Positions 1 through 9,884 of a DNA stretch of 39,189 nt are shown here, in pieces. The DNA comes from Chitinophagaceae bacterium (GTDB taxonomy: Bacteria; Bacteroidota; Bacteroidia; Chitinophagales; Chitinophagaceae): the NCBI GenBank assembly GCA_016786525.1, contig JAEUVW010000352.1:1-39189 (forward strand), read 5' to 3'. Position numbers and translations under genes: made by a program. How positions within the stretch are numbered: position 1 is the first letter of the stretch; every line of letters begins with the position of its first letter. The notes under the pieces are model-generated. The model was not told the origin of the DNA. It worked only from the letters and a program-made list of their open reading frames with translations, and did no database searches.

Positions 1-617
1 CGGAAGAAGGAACTCTTGAGCAGTATCTCCTGGAATTGTGCTATCGGGCGGCTGACCATGATCTCTTTGACGATGCCATCGGTAACCGTATAAAAATAGC
101 TGTAGGCGCCCCTGGCTTCCAGGAACACGATATCCGCAACAGCCACGATATCCAGGGTCCGTGTGGTGCGCAACTTGAGTGTCTGGGGGACGACTGCCTT
201 ATCCTGTCGCGCGGCAGCGGCGTCCGGCACACCCTGACGGCTGAACTTATCGACCAGCTTTTCAATAGCACTCCTGACTTCTGTAATGCTGACCGGCTTT
301 AGAATATAATCAAGCGCATGGATCTTCACCGCCTGTATCGCATACTCATCGTATGCCGTGATAAAAATGACTTCGAAGGGAACGGGAGCAATGCGTTCGA
401 GAAAGGCGAATGCATCTTCTGAAGGCATATCAATATCTATAAACACCACATCAGGCGCTTCTGCTGCGATCAGCCGTTCGGCGTCTGCGGTATCCTGCGC
501 CATCCCTGCGATCTGCAGTTGCGGCATCCGGACATAGTTTTCGATAATGTTCTTTAAATTGAGACAAGCCTCATATTCATCATCGATGATGATGGCTTTG
601 ATGATCTTTGTTTCCAT
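1..617 (-). CDS. LytR/AlgR-family (LytTR) response regulator, 3' end runs off the window
   Basis: Manual translation from ATG at 617: METKIIKAIIIDDEYEA...PDVVFIDIDMP...VIFITAYDEYAIQAVKIHALDYILKP (REC domain), then ...ADIVFLEARGAYSYFY (LytTR-like). Absent from the ORF track because no stop lies in the window. Confidence 0.88.
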   Translation of the reverse strand, partial: METKIIKAIIIDDEYEACLNLKNIIENYVRMPQLQIAGMAQDTADAERLIAAEAPDVVFIDIDMPSEDAFAFLERIAPVPFEVIFITAYDEYAIQAVKIHALDYILKPVSITEVRSAIEKLVDKFSRQGVPDAAAARQDKAVVPQTLKLRTTRTLDIVAVADIVFLEARGAYSYFYTVTDGIVKEIMVSRPIAQFQEILLKSSFF

Positions 618-768
618 ATACACGGTTTTGATCAGGATACAGCAACAATATACGATTTGACCGGTATTGGTCCAATACAACCAAACGTAATTGCCGGCGG
701 CGTATGATCCTAATTTATTTGACCAATGGTAGCGTTTATTTTATAAACGGTATATAAACGATCCGGTA

Positions 769-801
769 AGACCTGTAAGGTTTTTGAAACCTTACAGGTC
801 T
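769..801. repeat. Perfect 15-bp inverted repeat, REP-like palindrome
   Basis: AGACCTGTAAGGTTT-ttg-AAACCTTACAGGTCT; intergenic, no flanking U-tract. Confidence 0.7.
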
Positions 802-882
802 GGTGCCGGCGGGATAGCCGTTCAGGCCTGAAGCGGGAGCCTACCGGCGTTGCCTGCCTGCTTTTTGTGCAAACGACACAAT

Positions 883-920
883 AAAAAAAATGCGCCTTCC
901 GGGCCGGAAAGCGCATTTTT
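883..920 (-). terminator. Rho-independent terminator (possibly bidirectional) after the M16 peptidase
   Basis: A-run-TGCGCCTTCC-gggcc-GGAAAGCGCA-TTTTT hairpin about 25 bp past the stop at 944. Confidence 0.75.
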
Positions 921-943
921 ACAAGGTAAACGGTACTGCAGCT

Positions 944-2191
944 CTATGATGCTGCCTGCCCCGCTTTATAAAACAAGGTATTCTCATTGCCCGGGCGGAA
1001 AATCTCCTTTGCGGTGTCCAGCAGCGATGCTGTAGTGACGGCATGATACAGGCCCAGCTCGTCGTTGATCATCGCGGCATCGCCCAGCAGCTCGTAAAAG
1101 GCAAGGTTGTTGGCGCGCGACAGGATGCTCATGTCTTCGAAGGCGATCATGGCCTCTATCTTGTTTTTCGCCTTTTCCAGCTCGACGTCGGTAATACCGT
1201 TTTGCAGCAGGAGTTGTATCTGGCTTTGTACAGCTGCATCAGCCGTCTCCAGGCTCACCCCTTTGATCAGTTTGCCTTCCACTACCAGCAGGCCGGCATC
1301 GAGGCTGCCGGTATGGTAGCAGTTGATACTGCTGAACAATTGCTGCTCCTTGACCAGGGTCTGGTACAGGCGCGAGGCATAGCCGTTGCCCATGATCTCG
1401 GTAATGAGGTCGCTCTCGTGGTAGCCCTGTTCCATGCGGCCGGGTATATGCCAGGCTTTGTACAGGGCATCCAGCGGCACATCACGTACGATGGTCTCGG
1501 TACGGTCTTCCTCCTGCCGGGGTTCCTGCTCCAGGCCGCGCCGGTAGGGTTCGCCCGCTTCGATGCCGCCAAACCATTTTTCCGACAAGGCTTTTACTTC
1601 TTCCATTGTCACGTTTCCGGCCACGCAGAGGATCGCATTGACCGGGCGGTAGTGTTTGAAGAAAAAGCGTTGCACATCTTCCAGCTGCGCATCTTCAATA
1701 TGCTTCAGCTCTTTGCCGATGGTCATCCAGCGGTAGGGGTGGCGGGTGTAGGCCAGTTCGCGCAGATGCTTCCAGGCATCGCCGTAGGGCTTGTTGATGT
1801 AGTGCTCCTTAAACTCTTCGCAAACGACTTTGCGCTGTACGTCCAGGCTTTTTTTGCTGAAAGCCAGCGACAGCAGGCGGTCGCTCTCCAGCCAGAAAGC
1901 CGTCTCCATATTTTGCCGGGGCAGCTGTACATAGTAGTTGGTAATGTCGTTGGTCGTGTAGGCGTTGTTTTCTCCCCCGGCCATCTGCAGGGGGGTATCG
2001 TACTCGGGAATGTTGACGGAGCCGCCAAACATCAGGTGCTCAAATAAATGGGCAAAGCCTGTCTGTGCGGGGTTTTCGTCGCGGGCACCTACATCGTACA
2101 GCAGGTTTACCGCTACCATAGGCGTGGTAGTGTCCTGGTGTACGATGACGCGCAGGCCATTGCCCAGGGTGAACTTTTCAAATTGTATCAT
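944..2191 (-). CDS. M16 (pitrilysin/insulinase) family zinc peptidase
   Basis: LGNGLRVIV, inverted zinc motif HLFEH in TGFAHLFEHLMFGGS, NAYTTNDITNYY. Start placed at MIQFEKF (ATG 2191). Confidence 0.92.
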   Translation of the reverse strand: MIQFEKFTLGNGLRVIVHQDTTTPMVAVNLLYDVGARDENPAQTGFAHLFEHLMFGGSVNIPEYDTPLQMAGGENNAYTTNDITNYYVQLPRQNMETAFWLESDRLLSLAFSKKSLDVQRKVVCEEFKEHYINKPYGDAWKHLRELAYTRHPYRWMTIGKELKHIEDAQLEDVQRFFFKHYRPVNAILCVAGNVTMEEVKALSEKWFGGIEAGEPYRRGLEQEPRQEEDRTETIVRDVPLDALYKAWHIPGRMEQGYHESDLITEIMGNGYASRLYQTLVKEQQLFSSINCYHTGSLDAGLLVVEGKLIKGVSLETADAAVQSQIQLLLQNGITDVELEKAKNKIEAMIAFEDMSILSRANNLAFYELLGDAAMINDELGLYHAVTTASLLDTAKEIFRPGNENTLFYKAGQAAS

Positions 2192-2216
2192 GAAATGCTT
2201 TTCTTCAGTTTGTGTA

Positions 2217-3269
2217 TTAATCCCTTTCCTTTTCCATTTTTCTGCGGCGCAGGGGATTGGCTGTATACCCGGCATAGCTGTCCCGCTGCCGTACCAGGTC
2301 TATGGCCTGGAACAGGGCTTCCATAAAGGAGCTGTGCTCGGCCAGGTTCTTACCGGCAATATCGAAGGCCGTACCATGGTCGGGAGAAGTGCGCACCACA
2401 GGCAGGCCCGCGGTAAAGTTGACGCCTTCGCCGTTGGCCAGGGTCTTGAAAGGTATGAGGCCCTGGTCGTGGTACATAGCCAGTATGGCGTCAAAATTTT
2501 TATAGTTGCCTTTGGCAAAGAAAGCATCGGCGCTGTACGGGCCGTAGACGAGATGACCGTTCTTGTGCCATTGCTCTACCAGGGGTTTGATGATGTTTTG
2601 CTCCTGGTTGCCGATAGAACCTTCGTCGCCCGCGTGGGGATTGAGACCCAGCACCGCAATACGGGGCTTGTCGATGCCGAAGTCCTTGACCAGGCTCTCA
2701 CGCAGCAGCGTCAATTTGCTCTGCAGCAGCTCGGTGGTAATGGCCGCCGCTACCTTCTCGATGGGGATATGCTCGGTAGCCACTGCCACGCGCAGGTCGC
2801 GGTGGTACAGCAGCATCAGCACGTCCTTTGCCTCAAACTTAGCTTTGAGGAAAGGGGTATGGCCCGAGTACGGGAAGTTGGCAGACTGGGCGTTGTTCTT
2901 ATGGATGGGCCCGGTGACCAGGGCGTCGAGTTGCCCGTCTTTCAGGCACTGCGTCGCTACTTCCAGGGAGCGCACAGCGTATTTTCCGCCCGCTTCGGTC
3001 AGCACTCCGGGCTGTATGGCCACTTCTTCTTCCCAGCAGTTGAATACATTCACCTGCTTGGGGTTGAGCTTGTCTATTTCTTTTGTGCTGTGGAATACCA
3101 GCTGGTGATCGGTAGTGATCCGCCTGTAGTAATTGATCACCTTATTCGATGAAAAAACAATAGGGGTGCAGATATCCAGTATACGGTTATCGGATAAGGT
3201 TTTGATAATCACTTCCGGCCCGATACCGTTGATATCGCCGGTGGTGATGCCTATGACGGGTTTTTCCAT
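2217..3269 (-). CDS. pdxA: 4-hydroxythreonine-4-phosphate dehydrogenase
   Basis: GDINGIGPE, GHT, LNPHAGD, AMYHDQGLIPFK, RTSPDHGTAFDIAG motifs. Confidence 0.96.
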   Translation of the reverse strand: MEKPVIGITTGDINGIGPEVIIKTLSDNRILDICTPIVFSSNKVINYYRRITTDHQLVFHSTKEIDKLNPKQVNVFNCWEEEVAIQPGVLTEAGGKYAVRSLEVATQCLKDGQLDALVTGPIHKNNAQSANFPYSGHTPFLKAKFEAKDVLMLLYHRDLRVAVATEHIPIEKVAAAITTELLQSKLTLLRESLVKDFGIDKPRIAVLGLNPHAGDEGSIGNQEQNIIKPLVEQWHKNGHLVYGPYSADAFFAKGNYKNFDAILAMYHDQGLIPFKTLANGEGVNFTAGLPVVRTSPDHGTAFDIAGKNLAEHSSFMEALFQAIDLVRQRDSYAGYTANPLRRRKMEKERD

Positions 3270-3307
3270 AATAAAAGTTGAGGTGTTCGCTTATTGATAA
3301 GAACAGG

Positions 3308-3315
3308 CAAAAATA
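3308..3315 (-). promoter_or_regulatory. Bacteroidota -7 promoter element (TAnnTTTG) for pdxA
   Basis: Reverse complement reads TATTTTTG about 40 bp upstream of the pdxA ATG. Confidence 0.5.
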
Positions 3316-3463
3316 AGTGTAATTCATCAATACCCGCCCCTGCGCTCCTGCGAAGTGCAGGTCAGGCGTCTGCCGGGGCGAAAACCTGGCGGAACGGTAA
3401 AGTACTTTCTTTTAAGTGCCCTTTACCGGCGGTGCCGCTCAGCTGCTGTCGGGGACAGGCAGA

Positions 3464-4723
3464 TCAGGCAGGCTTGCAATATTGCTGTACGTGCGCCCAG
3501 AAGGAAGGGTAAGATTTGTCAACTGCTTCTGCGTTGCCCAGCGAAACGGGGCCATCTGCCCTCAGGGCGGCGAGAGCGGCCGCCATCGCCATGCGGTGAT
3601 CGTGCGGGACAACGTAGGTAAAGGCGGGGAAGTGCTCCTTCCCTTCGATAAGGAGCCGGTCGCCTTCTATAGCATGGCTGACCTGCAGCAGGGATAAAAG
3701 CTCCGAGATACTTCGGGCACGGTCGCTCTCCTTATGCGCCAGGCGGTGCACGCCTTTCAGTATGGAGCGCCCCTTAGCGGCAGCGGCCAGTACGGACAGT
3801 ACAGGGAAAAGGTCAGGAGCGTCGGTAAGGTCTGCTTCGAAGCCGCACAAGTCTGCAGCCTGCACCTGCAGGTCCTGCCCCTGCCACTGCAGTTTGCCCG
3901 CGGCGGCCTGCAGCACTGCCAGGATAGCCCTGTCGGCCTGCCGCGAATGTTCATTCAGGCCCGTCAGTGTCACGGAGCCGGAAAGACTTGCGGCGGCGAT
4001 CCAGAAGGCGGCACTGCTCCAGTCGCCCTCCACGCTTACCGCCAGCTCCCCGGCGGGAGTAAAATGGGTGGGGTCTATCGTAAACAGGCGATGCCCTTCC
4101 TGCTGCACCGGTTTGCCGAACAGTTCGAGCACCTGCAGGCTCAGGTCTATATAGGGTGTACTGACCGGCTTGTCCACCCGCAAAGTCACTTTCTGCCGGG
4201 CCGCTGCCGCAAAGGCAAACAGCAGGCCGCTGATGAATTGCGAACTGAGTGAGCCCGGGACGGTAATATCCTGCGGGAATAAAGGGCCCTGTACGGTAAA
4301 GGGGATATGCCCGGAAAAGCCCGGCATGCGGACCCCCAGGCGGGGCAATACGTCGGCAAAGAAATGCATGGGCCTTTGGGGTAAAGAACCGCCACCGGTA
4401 ATGAGCACCGGATGCTGCCCCAATGCGGCGATAGGGGTAAACAGCCTGGCCGAAAGGCCGCTTTCGCCACAGTTGATGGTCGTGCCCGCTTGCGGGTGAT
4501 GCCCGCTGGTCACGACAATACGGTCTGCTTCCTCACGAAGCTCCGCGCCCATTTGCCGGATGATGTTTATGGCGGCTTTGTCATCTTCCGAGACTCCGGG
4601 GTTGAATATCGTAGTCCGGCCTCGGTGCAGGTACGCGGCGGCACAGACCCGCTGCATCATGCTCTTGGACGGCGGGATAGTGAGCGTTCCGGAAACCGTA
4701 CGGATATCAAGGCCTATATTCAT
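3464..4723 (-). CDS. aroA: 3-phosphoshikimate 1-carboxyvinyltransferase (EPSP synthase)
   Basis: PPSKSMMQR, CGESG, SSQFISG, KESDR, DHRMAMA motifs. ATG 4723 overlaps the aroB end. Confidence 0.95.
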   Translation of the reverse strand: MNIGLDIRTVSGTLTIPPSKSMMQRVCAAAYLHRGRTTIFNPGVSEDDKAAINIIRQMGAELREEADRIVVTSGHHPQAGTTINCGESGLSARLFTPIAALGQHPVLITGGGSLPQRPMHFFADVLPRLGVRMPGFSGHIPFTVQGPLFPQDITVPGSLSSQFISGLLFAFAAAARQKVTLRVDKPVSTPYIDLSLQVLELFGKPVQQEGHRLFTIDPTHFTPAGELAVSVEGDWSSAAFWIAAASLSGSVTLTGLNEHSRQADRAILAVLQAAAGKLQWQGQDLQVQAADLCGFEADLTDAPDLFPVLSVLAAAAKGRSILKGVHRLAHKESDRARSISELLSLLQVSHAIEGDRLLIEGKEHFPAFTYVVPHDHRMAMAAALAALRADGPVSLGNAEAVDKSYPSFWAHVQQYCKPA

Positions 4724-5747
4724 CTGCGAAAATCTGTAAAGCACTGCGCACCTGGTCGAATGTCACCGGCTCAACAATGGCCTTACCGGCTTCTTGCAGC
4801 AGGATAAAATCGATGGTTCCTTCTTTTCTTTTTTTATCCCGCTTGACGGCATCGATCACTTTTTCCACATCGATGCGCAGCCTGCTTTGCAAACCGTATT
4901 GTTCGAGTATGCTCACCAGTTGCGGCCGCAGCTCTCGGCTGACACCGAGTATTGCCTCGGAAGCAATGAGCGCTACGATCATGCCAAAAGCTACGGCCTG
5001 CCCATGCTGCAGGTGGTACAGGGTCTCAAAAGCATGGCCGGTCGTATGCCCGAAGTTCAATAGTTTCCGGATACCATTCTCCTGCTCGTCGGCCAGTACA
5101 ATCGTATTTTTTTGCTGTACGCAACGATGGATCAGGCCATTCAGTTTTTCCGGTCTTATCTTATACGCCGTCAGTGTGGAGGCGCTCAGTTCTTCAAGCA
5201 GGCCGGCATCGCCGATACAGGCATATTTGATGACTTCGGCAAAGCCATTGCTCCATTCCTTTTCCTGCAGGGACTCCAGGAAGCTCAGGTCGTAGAGGAT
5301 AAAACCGGGCTGCCGGATATTGCCCAGCATATTCTTGTACGGCCCGATGTTGATCCCGTTCTTCCCGCCGATAGCGGCATCTACCATAGCCAGCAGGCTG
5401 GTGGGGACAAAAGAGCAGGCAATGCCCCGCATATACACCGAGGCCAGGAAGCCGGTAATGTCTGTGACCATACCGCCGCCTATGCCAACCAGGCGCGTGC
5501 GTTTGTGCGCTTCGAAGGCCGCCAGCTTCTCCGCCAGCAGCTGGATGGTCTCCCAGGTTTTGTGCTTTTCTCCTGCCTCTATGATCAATATGCGGTATTC
5601 ACTGAAAAGATGACCATACAGGCGGTGTACGTTCGTATCGGTAACGATAATGGAATGGGCGACCGGGGCAAGCTGCAGCAGCTGGGAATAACCGGACTGC
5701 AGGTAATACTCTGTATCACCACCGGGAAAGGAAACGGAAAAACGCAT
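4707..5747 (-). CDS. aroB: 3-dehydroquinate synthase
   Basis: GGGMVTDITGF, PTSLLAMVDAAIGGKNG, LNFGHTTGHAFE, HGQAVA motifs. Confidence 0.96.
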   Translation of the reverse strand: MRFSVSFPGGDTEYYLQSGYSQLLQLAPVAHSIIVTDTNVHRLYGHLFSEYRILIIEAGEKHKTWETIQLLAEKLAAFEAHKRTRLVGIGGGMVTDITGFLASVYMRGIACSFVPTSLLAMVDAAIGGKNGINIGPYKNMLGNIRQPGFILYDLSFLESLQEKEWSNGFAEVIKYACIGDAGLLEELSASTLTAYKIRPEKLNGLIHRCVQQKNTIVLADEQENGIRKLLNFGHTTGHAFETLYHLQHGQAVAFGMIVALIASEAILGVSRELRPQLVSILEQYGLQSRLRIDVEKVIDAVKRDKKRKEGTIDFILLQEAGKAIVEPVTFDQVRSALQIFADEYRP

Positions 5748-5753
5748 GGACGA

Positions 5754-7442
5754 TTACTTTTTGGGTTGCAGCAATGCCTGTATCTGATCGGGCTTGCCAG
5801 ACAGGTCTATTGCTTTGATCACGGTCTCATCTTCACGAAGGTTCTGGATGATCCTTCCTTTCTGAAAGTAATACCGGGCAGCAATTTCATTTTCCAGGAT
5901 GCGCTTGACCTCGTCTTTGTTTTTGAGCAGGTCCTGTTTCTTATCGTGCATCACTTTGGCCTTCAGTGCGGCCAGCTCTGTTTTGCTGGCGTCAAAAAGC
6001 TTGTCTTCTTTTGTTGCGGAGGACAGGGAATCCAGCAGCACTTCCGTCTTGGTTTTGTAGGAATAATCTTTGCCCGAAAGCCAGTTGCTGAAATCGGTAA
6101 ACTCCGCTGGGCTGAGGGAAAAACTGTTGGCCGCAGGAATGGTCTTATGCTGTTTTACATACTGTGTGGCGTAATCGAAGAAATAGTTTTTTGAATACAG
6201 GGCCGCTGCGATAGCGCTTATCTTTTCGTCGGTGGTAATCACGTCGGGTGTCACACCACCCCCGCTTTTCACCACTCTCCCGTTCCTGGTCTTGTAGGTA
6301 CCGATCAGGGAGTCGGCAAATTTGTCGGCTACGCCGTTTTCATCGCGGTGGCTGTAGTCGATGGCCTGTATGCAGCGCCCGCTGGGCGTATAATATTTGG
6401 CGGTCGTGAGCTTCAGGCGGGCATTGAAGCCTACCGGACGCGTGGTCTGTACCAGGCCTTTGCCGTATGATTTGGTACCGAGTACAATGCCCCGGTCCAG
6501 GTCCTGGAGGGTGCCCGCTACAATTTCAGATGCGGAAGCAGAAGAGCCGTTGACCAGTACGGCCACCGGTATCCGGGTGTCCCAGGCGTTGCCTTCGGTG
6601 TTGAAATTTTTGTCCCATTCCCTGTCTTTCCCTTTCGTGCTGACCACGAGCTGGCCGCGGTCCACGAAGATATTGCAGACCTCTACCGCTTCGTCCAGCA
6701 GGCCGCCGGGGTTGCCCCGCAGATCCAGTACTACGGATTTCATTTTAGGGTTGACCAGCTTAAGGCTGTCCAGCGCTGTCCTGACCAGCCTGCCGCAGTT
6801 TTGTGTGAACTGGGTCAGCTTTACATAGGCAATATCACTATTGGTGCCGATCAGGCCCGCATAGGGCACGCTGGAGACTTCGATCTCGCCGCGGGTAACG
6901 ACACGCTCCGCTTCGCCGTCTGTAAAGGCGTCTTTTACTTTGATCACGATTTTGGTGCCGGCGCTTCCTTTCAGCAGGATGCTGATCTCATCTATCGTTT
7001 TATCAAAAACATTCTTGCCGTCTATGCTCAGGATCTTGTCGCCGGAATGAAGGCCTGCTTTCTGGGCCGGGCTGTTTTCATAGATATCGCCGATATACGT
7101 CTCTTTTTCCTTCTTGCGCAGGGAAGCGCCAATGCCTCCATACTTACCGGTGGTCATAAACTCATAATCTTCAATATCAGATTCCGTAATATAATTGGTA
7201 TACGGATCCAGATCATTTAACATAGCATCTATGCCGATCTTGGTCAGCTTGCCCGGCTCGATTGGGTCTACATAGTACGTATTCAGTTCTTTGAAGATAT
7301 TGGCAAACACCTCCATGTTCTTGGACAGTTCAAAATACGAATCGGCCGTTTTGGCCTGTATCAGTACAGAAAGGCTACCCACCATGGCAGCACCCATCAG
7401 GAAAGGCTTCCAGAATCCCTTGCGCTTCAGAAAATGATTCAT
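5754..7442 (-). CDS. S41 family carboxy-terminal processing protease (CtpA/Prc-like)
   Basis: LDPYT, PDZ GIGA, LDLRGNPGGLL, SASASEIVAG, YGKGLVQ, AKYYTPSGR. Start could be 7442 or 7463. Confidence 0.93.
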   Translation of the reverse strand: MNHFLKRKGFWKPFLMGAAMVGSLSVLIQAKTADSYFELSKNMEVFANIFKELNTYYVDPIEPGKLTKIGIDAMLNDLDPYTNYITESDIEDYEFMTTGKYGGIGASLRKKEKETYIGDIYENSPAQKAGLHSGDKILSIDGKNVFDKTIDEISILLKGSAGTKIVIKVKDAFTDGEAERVVTRGEIEVSSVPYAGLIGTNSDIAYVKLTQFTQNCGRLVRTALDSLKLVNPKMKSVVLDLRGNPGGLLDEAVEVCNIFVDRGQLVVSTKGKDREWDKNFNTEGNAWDTRIPVAVLVNGSSASASEIVAGTLQDLDRGIVLGTKSYGKGLVQTTRPVGFNARLKLTTAKYYTPSGRCIQAIDYSHRDENGVADKFADSLIGTYKTRNGRVVKSGGGVTPDVITTDEKISAIAAALYSKNYFFDYATQYVKQHKTIPAANSFSLSPAEFTDFSNWLSGKDYSYKTKTEVLLDSLSSATKEDKLFDASKTELAALKAKVMHDKKQDLLKNKDEVKRILENEIAARYYFQKGRIIQNLREDETVIKAIDLSGKPDQIQALLQPKK

Positions 7443-7580
7443 AAACAGATTATAGTACAGCAAGGTACAACATTGGAAAAACTAACGATTAACGGATTAT
7501 TGTTTTTTAACAAAATAAAATACGAAGTTTGGAGTTGCAATCTATAAATGTCTTATCTTGCAGAGAGAAATTGAATAAGT

Positions 7581-8300
7581 ATGAAAAAATTTACACTGAT
7601 TGTTGCTTTTCTTGGTCTGGTGATGGGTGCAGAAGCTCAATCATTCAATGCCGATAAAGATACCAGCAAACTGGGTTGGATTTATCCCGGCTATGAGATC
7701 GAACCCCATATATCCTTCACGAATACCACTTCCGGCTCTATTTCTTTAAACTGGAAGCTGACGAACCTTTACAAGGATGACAAATGGCTGTTTAACGGCG
7801 CCTGCGACAACGTATTGTGCTATACGGAAGATGTTCCCGGCCTGATAGACGGTAAAGGTACTTTTACAGCCAACCCGATAGCAGCAGGAGAGAAGCTGGA
7901 TTTTAAAATGATCTTTAACGGCAACGATGCGGTTACCGGCACAAAGGCACTCGGAACCATTGAAATGTGGGTTACCGGTGAAACACCTAAGAAAGCGACT
8001 TTCCTTGCGACCAAAGGGACAACCGGTATTAAAACCGTAGTGCTGAAAGGAAATGATGATATCGTTATCTTCCCCAACCCGGCTTCCAGCTATATTGATG
8101 TGATCTACAACCCTGCAAGCGATGTAAAGACCATCGCCATATATAACCTGATCGGTAAAGCAGTAAATGTGTACAAAGTCACCGATAAGAGCAGCGCCCG
8201 TTGCGAATTCAGCGCAGATATGCCTTCCGGCATTTATATTGTACGTGTGGCCGACAGCAAAGGCAATATCATTGCTACCAGAAAGATCACACACCAATAG
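7581..8300 (+). CDS. Small secreted protein with T9SS type-A (Por secretion) C-terminal sorting domain
   Basis: Signal peptide ending AEA-Q; C-terminal IFPNPASS...IYNLIGK...PSGIYIVRV...RKITHQ. Confidence 0.88.
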   Translation: MKKFTLIVAFLGLVMGAEAQSFNADKDTSKLGWIYPGYEIEPHISFTNTTSGSISLNWKLTNLYKDDKWLFNGACDNVLCYTEDVPGLIDGKGTFTANPIAAGEKLDFKMIFNGNDAVTGTKALGTIEMWVTGETPKKATFLATKGTTGIKTVVLKGNDDIVIFPNPASSYIDVIYNPASDVKTIAIYNLIGKAVNVYKVTDKSSARCEFSADMPSGIYIVRVADSKGNIIATRKITHQ

Positions 8301-8323
8301 TAATTCTTACACCACATTTTTTG

Positions 8324-8355
8324 AAACCCGTATGAATCCTCATACGGGTTTTTTT
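8324..8355 (+). terminator. Rho-independent terminator
   Basis: AAACCCGTATGA-atcc-TCATACGGGTTT followed by a T-run. Confidence 0.85.
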
Positions 8356-8517
8356 ATGGTATACCAGGCTGGCAGGGTTTTTTCCTTAAAAAGAAAAAAT
8401 ACCATATCTTAGAGGTGTAAACCTTAGTAAATATGATAAAAATTTCCTGCTTTTTCTTTCACTTTGATTGAGGAACAGAGTGCAACTATTGCCTTCTTAT
8501 CACGTAAAACCATGCTC

Positions 8518-9168
8518 ATGCAAAAAATACTGTTTTCCTGCTGCGCCTTCCTGGTCTTTTCAGCCCGGGCTTTTTGCCAGAACCAGTTTACAGAGGGAGA
8601 GATCATTTACGATGTCAGGATCACAGCGGCCGACGCCAAAGATGCCAAGGTCAATACCGGTACGCTGACGATTTTGATCAAGGGCGCCAATGTAGCCAAA
8701 GAACTCAATCTTCAATCGGGTTTCAGGAATACCATTATCTTCAGCCAGCAGGAAAAAACGGCCTATTCCCTGCGCAAGGTGGATAATGTACCCTATGCGA
8801 TACAACTGGACCCCGGGCAGCTGAAACGAAAACAGGAGAAATGTGCACAACTGCAGCGGCAGGAACTGGAAAGCGACCGGAAAACCATATTGGACTTTGC
8901 GGCAGAAAAAGTAAAGCTCAGCTGCAACGAGGCCAACCCGGTTTTTGTGTACTATACCAAAACATGGACAATCGATAATCCGCACCTGTTCCAGGATTTC
9001 CCATCCTTTACTTATCTGCCCCTGGCTTACGAAGTAAAAAATGAAGATGGCAGTATCCTGAATTTTGAACTGAAAAAAATAGAGGCCAAACCGATAGACA
9101 ACAGGGCTTTCTCCGTACCGGCGGGTTATAAGAAAGTCAGCCAGCAGGAGTATAAAAATAAGCTTTAA
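8518..9168 (+). CDS. Exported GLPGLI/DUF4412-like protein
   Basis: Signal peptide ending AFC-Q; FTEGEIIY, KTILDFAAEKV, LPLAYE, FSVPAGYKKV pattern typical of this family. Start 8512 or 8518. Confidence 0.65.
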   Translation: MQKILFSCCAFLVFSARAFCQNQFTEGEIIYDVRITAADAKDAKVNTGTLTILIKGANVAKELNLQSGFRNTIIFSQQEKTAYSLRKVDNVPYAIQLDPGQLKRKQEKCAQLQRQELESDRKTILDFAAEKVKLSCNEANPVFVYYTKTWTIDNPHLFQDFPSFTYLPLAYEVKNEDGSILNFELKKIEAKPIDNRAFSVPAGYKKVSQQEYKNKL

Positions 9169-9869
9169 ACAGCGAGCCCCACCGTCACCACGCTGATTTT
9201 GGCCGCACCGGCCTCCTCTAAGGCAAGTGCGCAATGCTCGATTGTTGCCCCGGTTGTCAGGATGTCGTCTATAAGCAGAATGTGCTGCTGTGCAAACGCC
9301 GGCCTGTCTTTTACTACAAAAGCATTTTTCATATTCTCTACCCGCTGCATCCTGCTCTTCGCGGTCTGCGTACCGGTGTCAACGATGCGGACCAGGTTTT
9401 CTGCCAGGAACGGAAGTCCCCGGCCAGCTGCCAGCTCCTGCCCGATCAGTGCACTTTGATTGAAGCCCCTGTACTTTTGTTTCTGCCGGTGCAGAGGAAC
9501 GGGAACAACGAGCCCGGCCTCAGCCAGCCAATCCACGTTCCTGAGCGCAGCATGCAGGCTTTTACCGAGAAATGTCCCTACGGACTTATTGCCTTTATAT
9601 TTCAGCTCCTGCAGCAGGTATTGCAGCAAGCCGCCTTTCGTGTAATATCCGAAAGACGTGGCATGCCCGATGCCAAACCGGCCTTCCAGCCGCTGAAACG
9701 TGGCATTGTCGTGTATATGATGATAGTGGGTGTGGGGAAGCTGCTCCGTGCACCCGATACAAAGCACGCTTTCCTGCTGCAGTAAGACCTTATTGCATCC
9801 CAGGCAAAGCCTCGGATAAATAAAGTCCAGAAGACCATTCCATATCGAAGTCGCGATCTTTTTCATCAC
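9165..9869 (-). CDS. comF: ComF family phosphoribosyltransferase-like competence protein
   Basis: N-terminal CxxC...CxxC, VPVPLH, RGFNQS, LLIDDILTTGAT. Confidence 0.9.
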   Translation of the reverse strand: MMKKIATSIWNGLLDFIYPRLCLGCNKVLLQQESVLCIGCTEQLPHTHYHHIHDNATFQRLEGRFGIGHATSFGYYTKGGLLQYLLQELKYKGNKSVGTFLGKSLHAALRNVDWLAEAGLVVPVPLHRQKQKYRGFNQSALIGQELAAGRGLPFLAENLVRIVDTGTQTAKSRMQRVENMKNAFVVKDRPAFAQQHILLIDDILTTGATIEHCALALEEAGAAKISVVTVGLAV

Positions 9870-9884
9870 AGCATGAGCGGTAGA

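Noticed and set aside
36-302. Short ORFs 36-302 and 41-271
   Set aside because: They lie within the LytTR regulator gene, in other frames.
1043-3152. Long plus-strand ORFs 1043-2047 and 1965-3152
   Set aside because: Antisense shadows of the M16 peptidase and pdxA, with no recognisable motifs.
5112-6194. 360-aa plus-strand ORF
   Set aside because: Antisense to aroB and the S41 protease.
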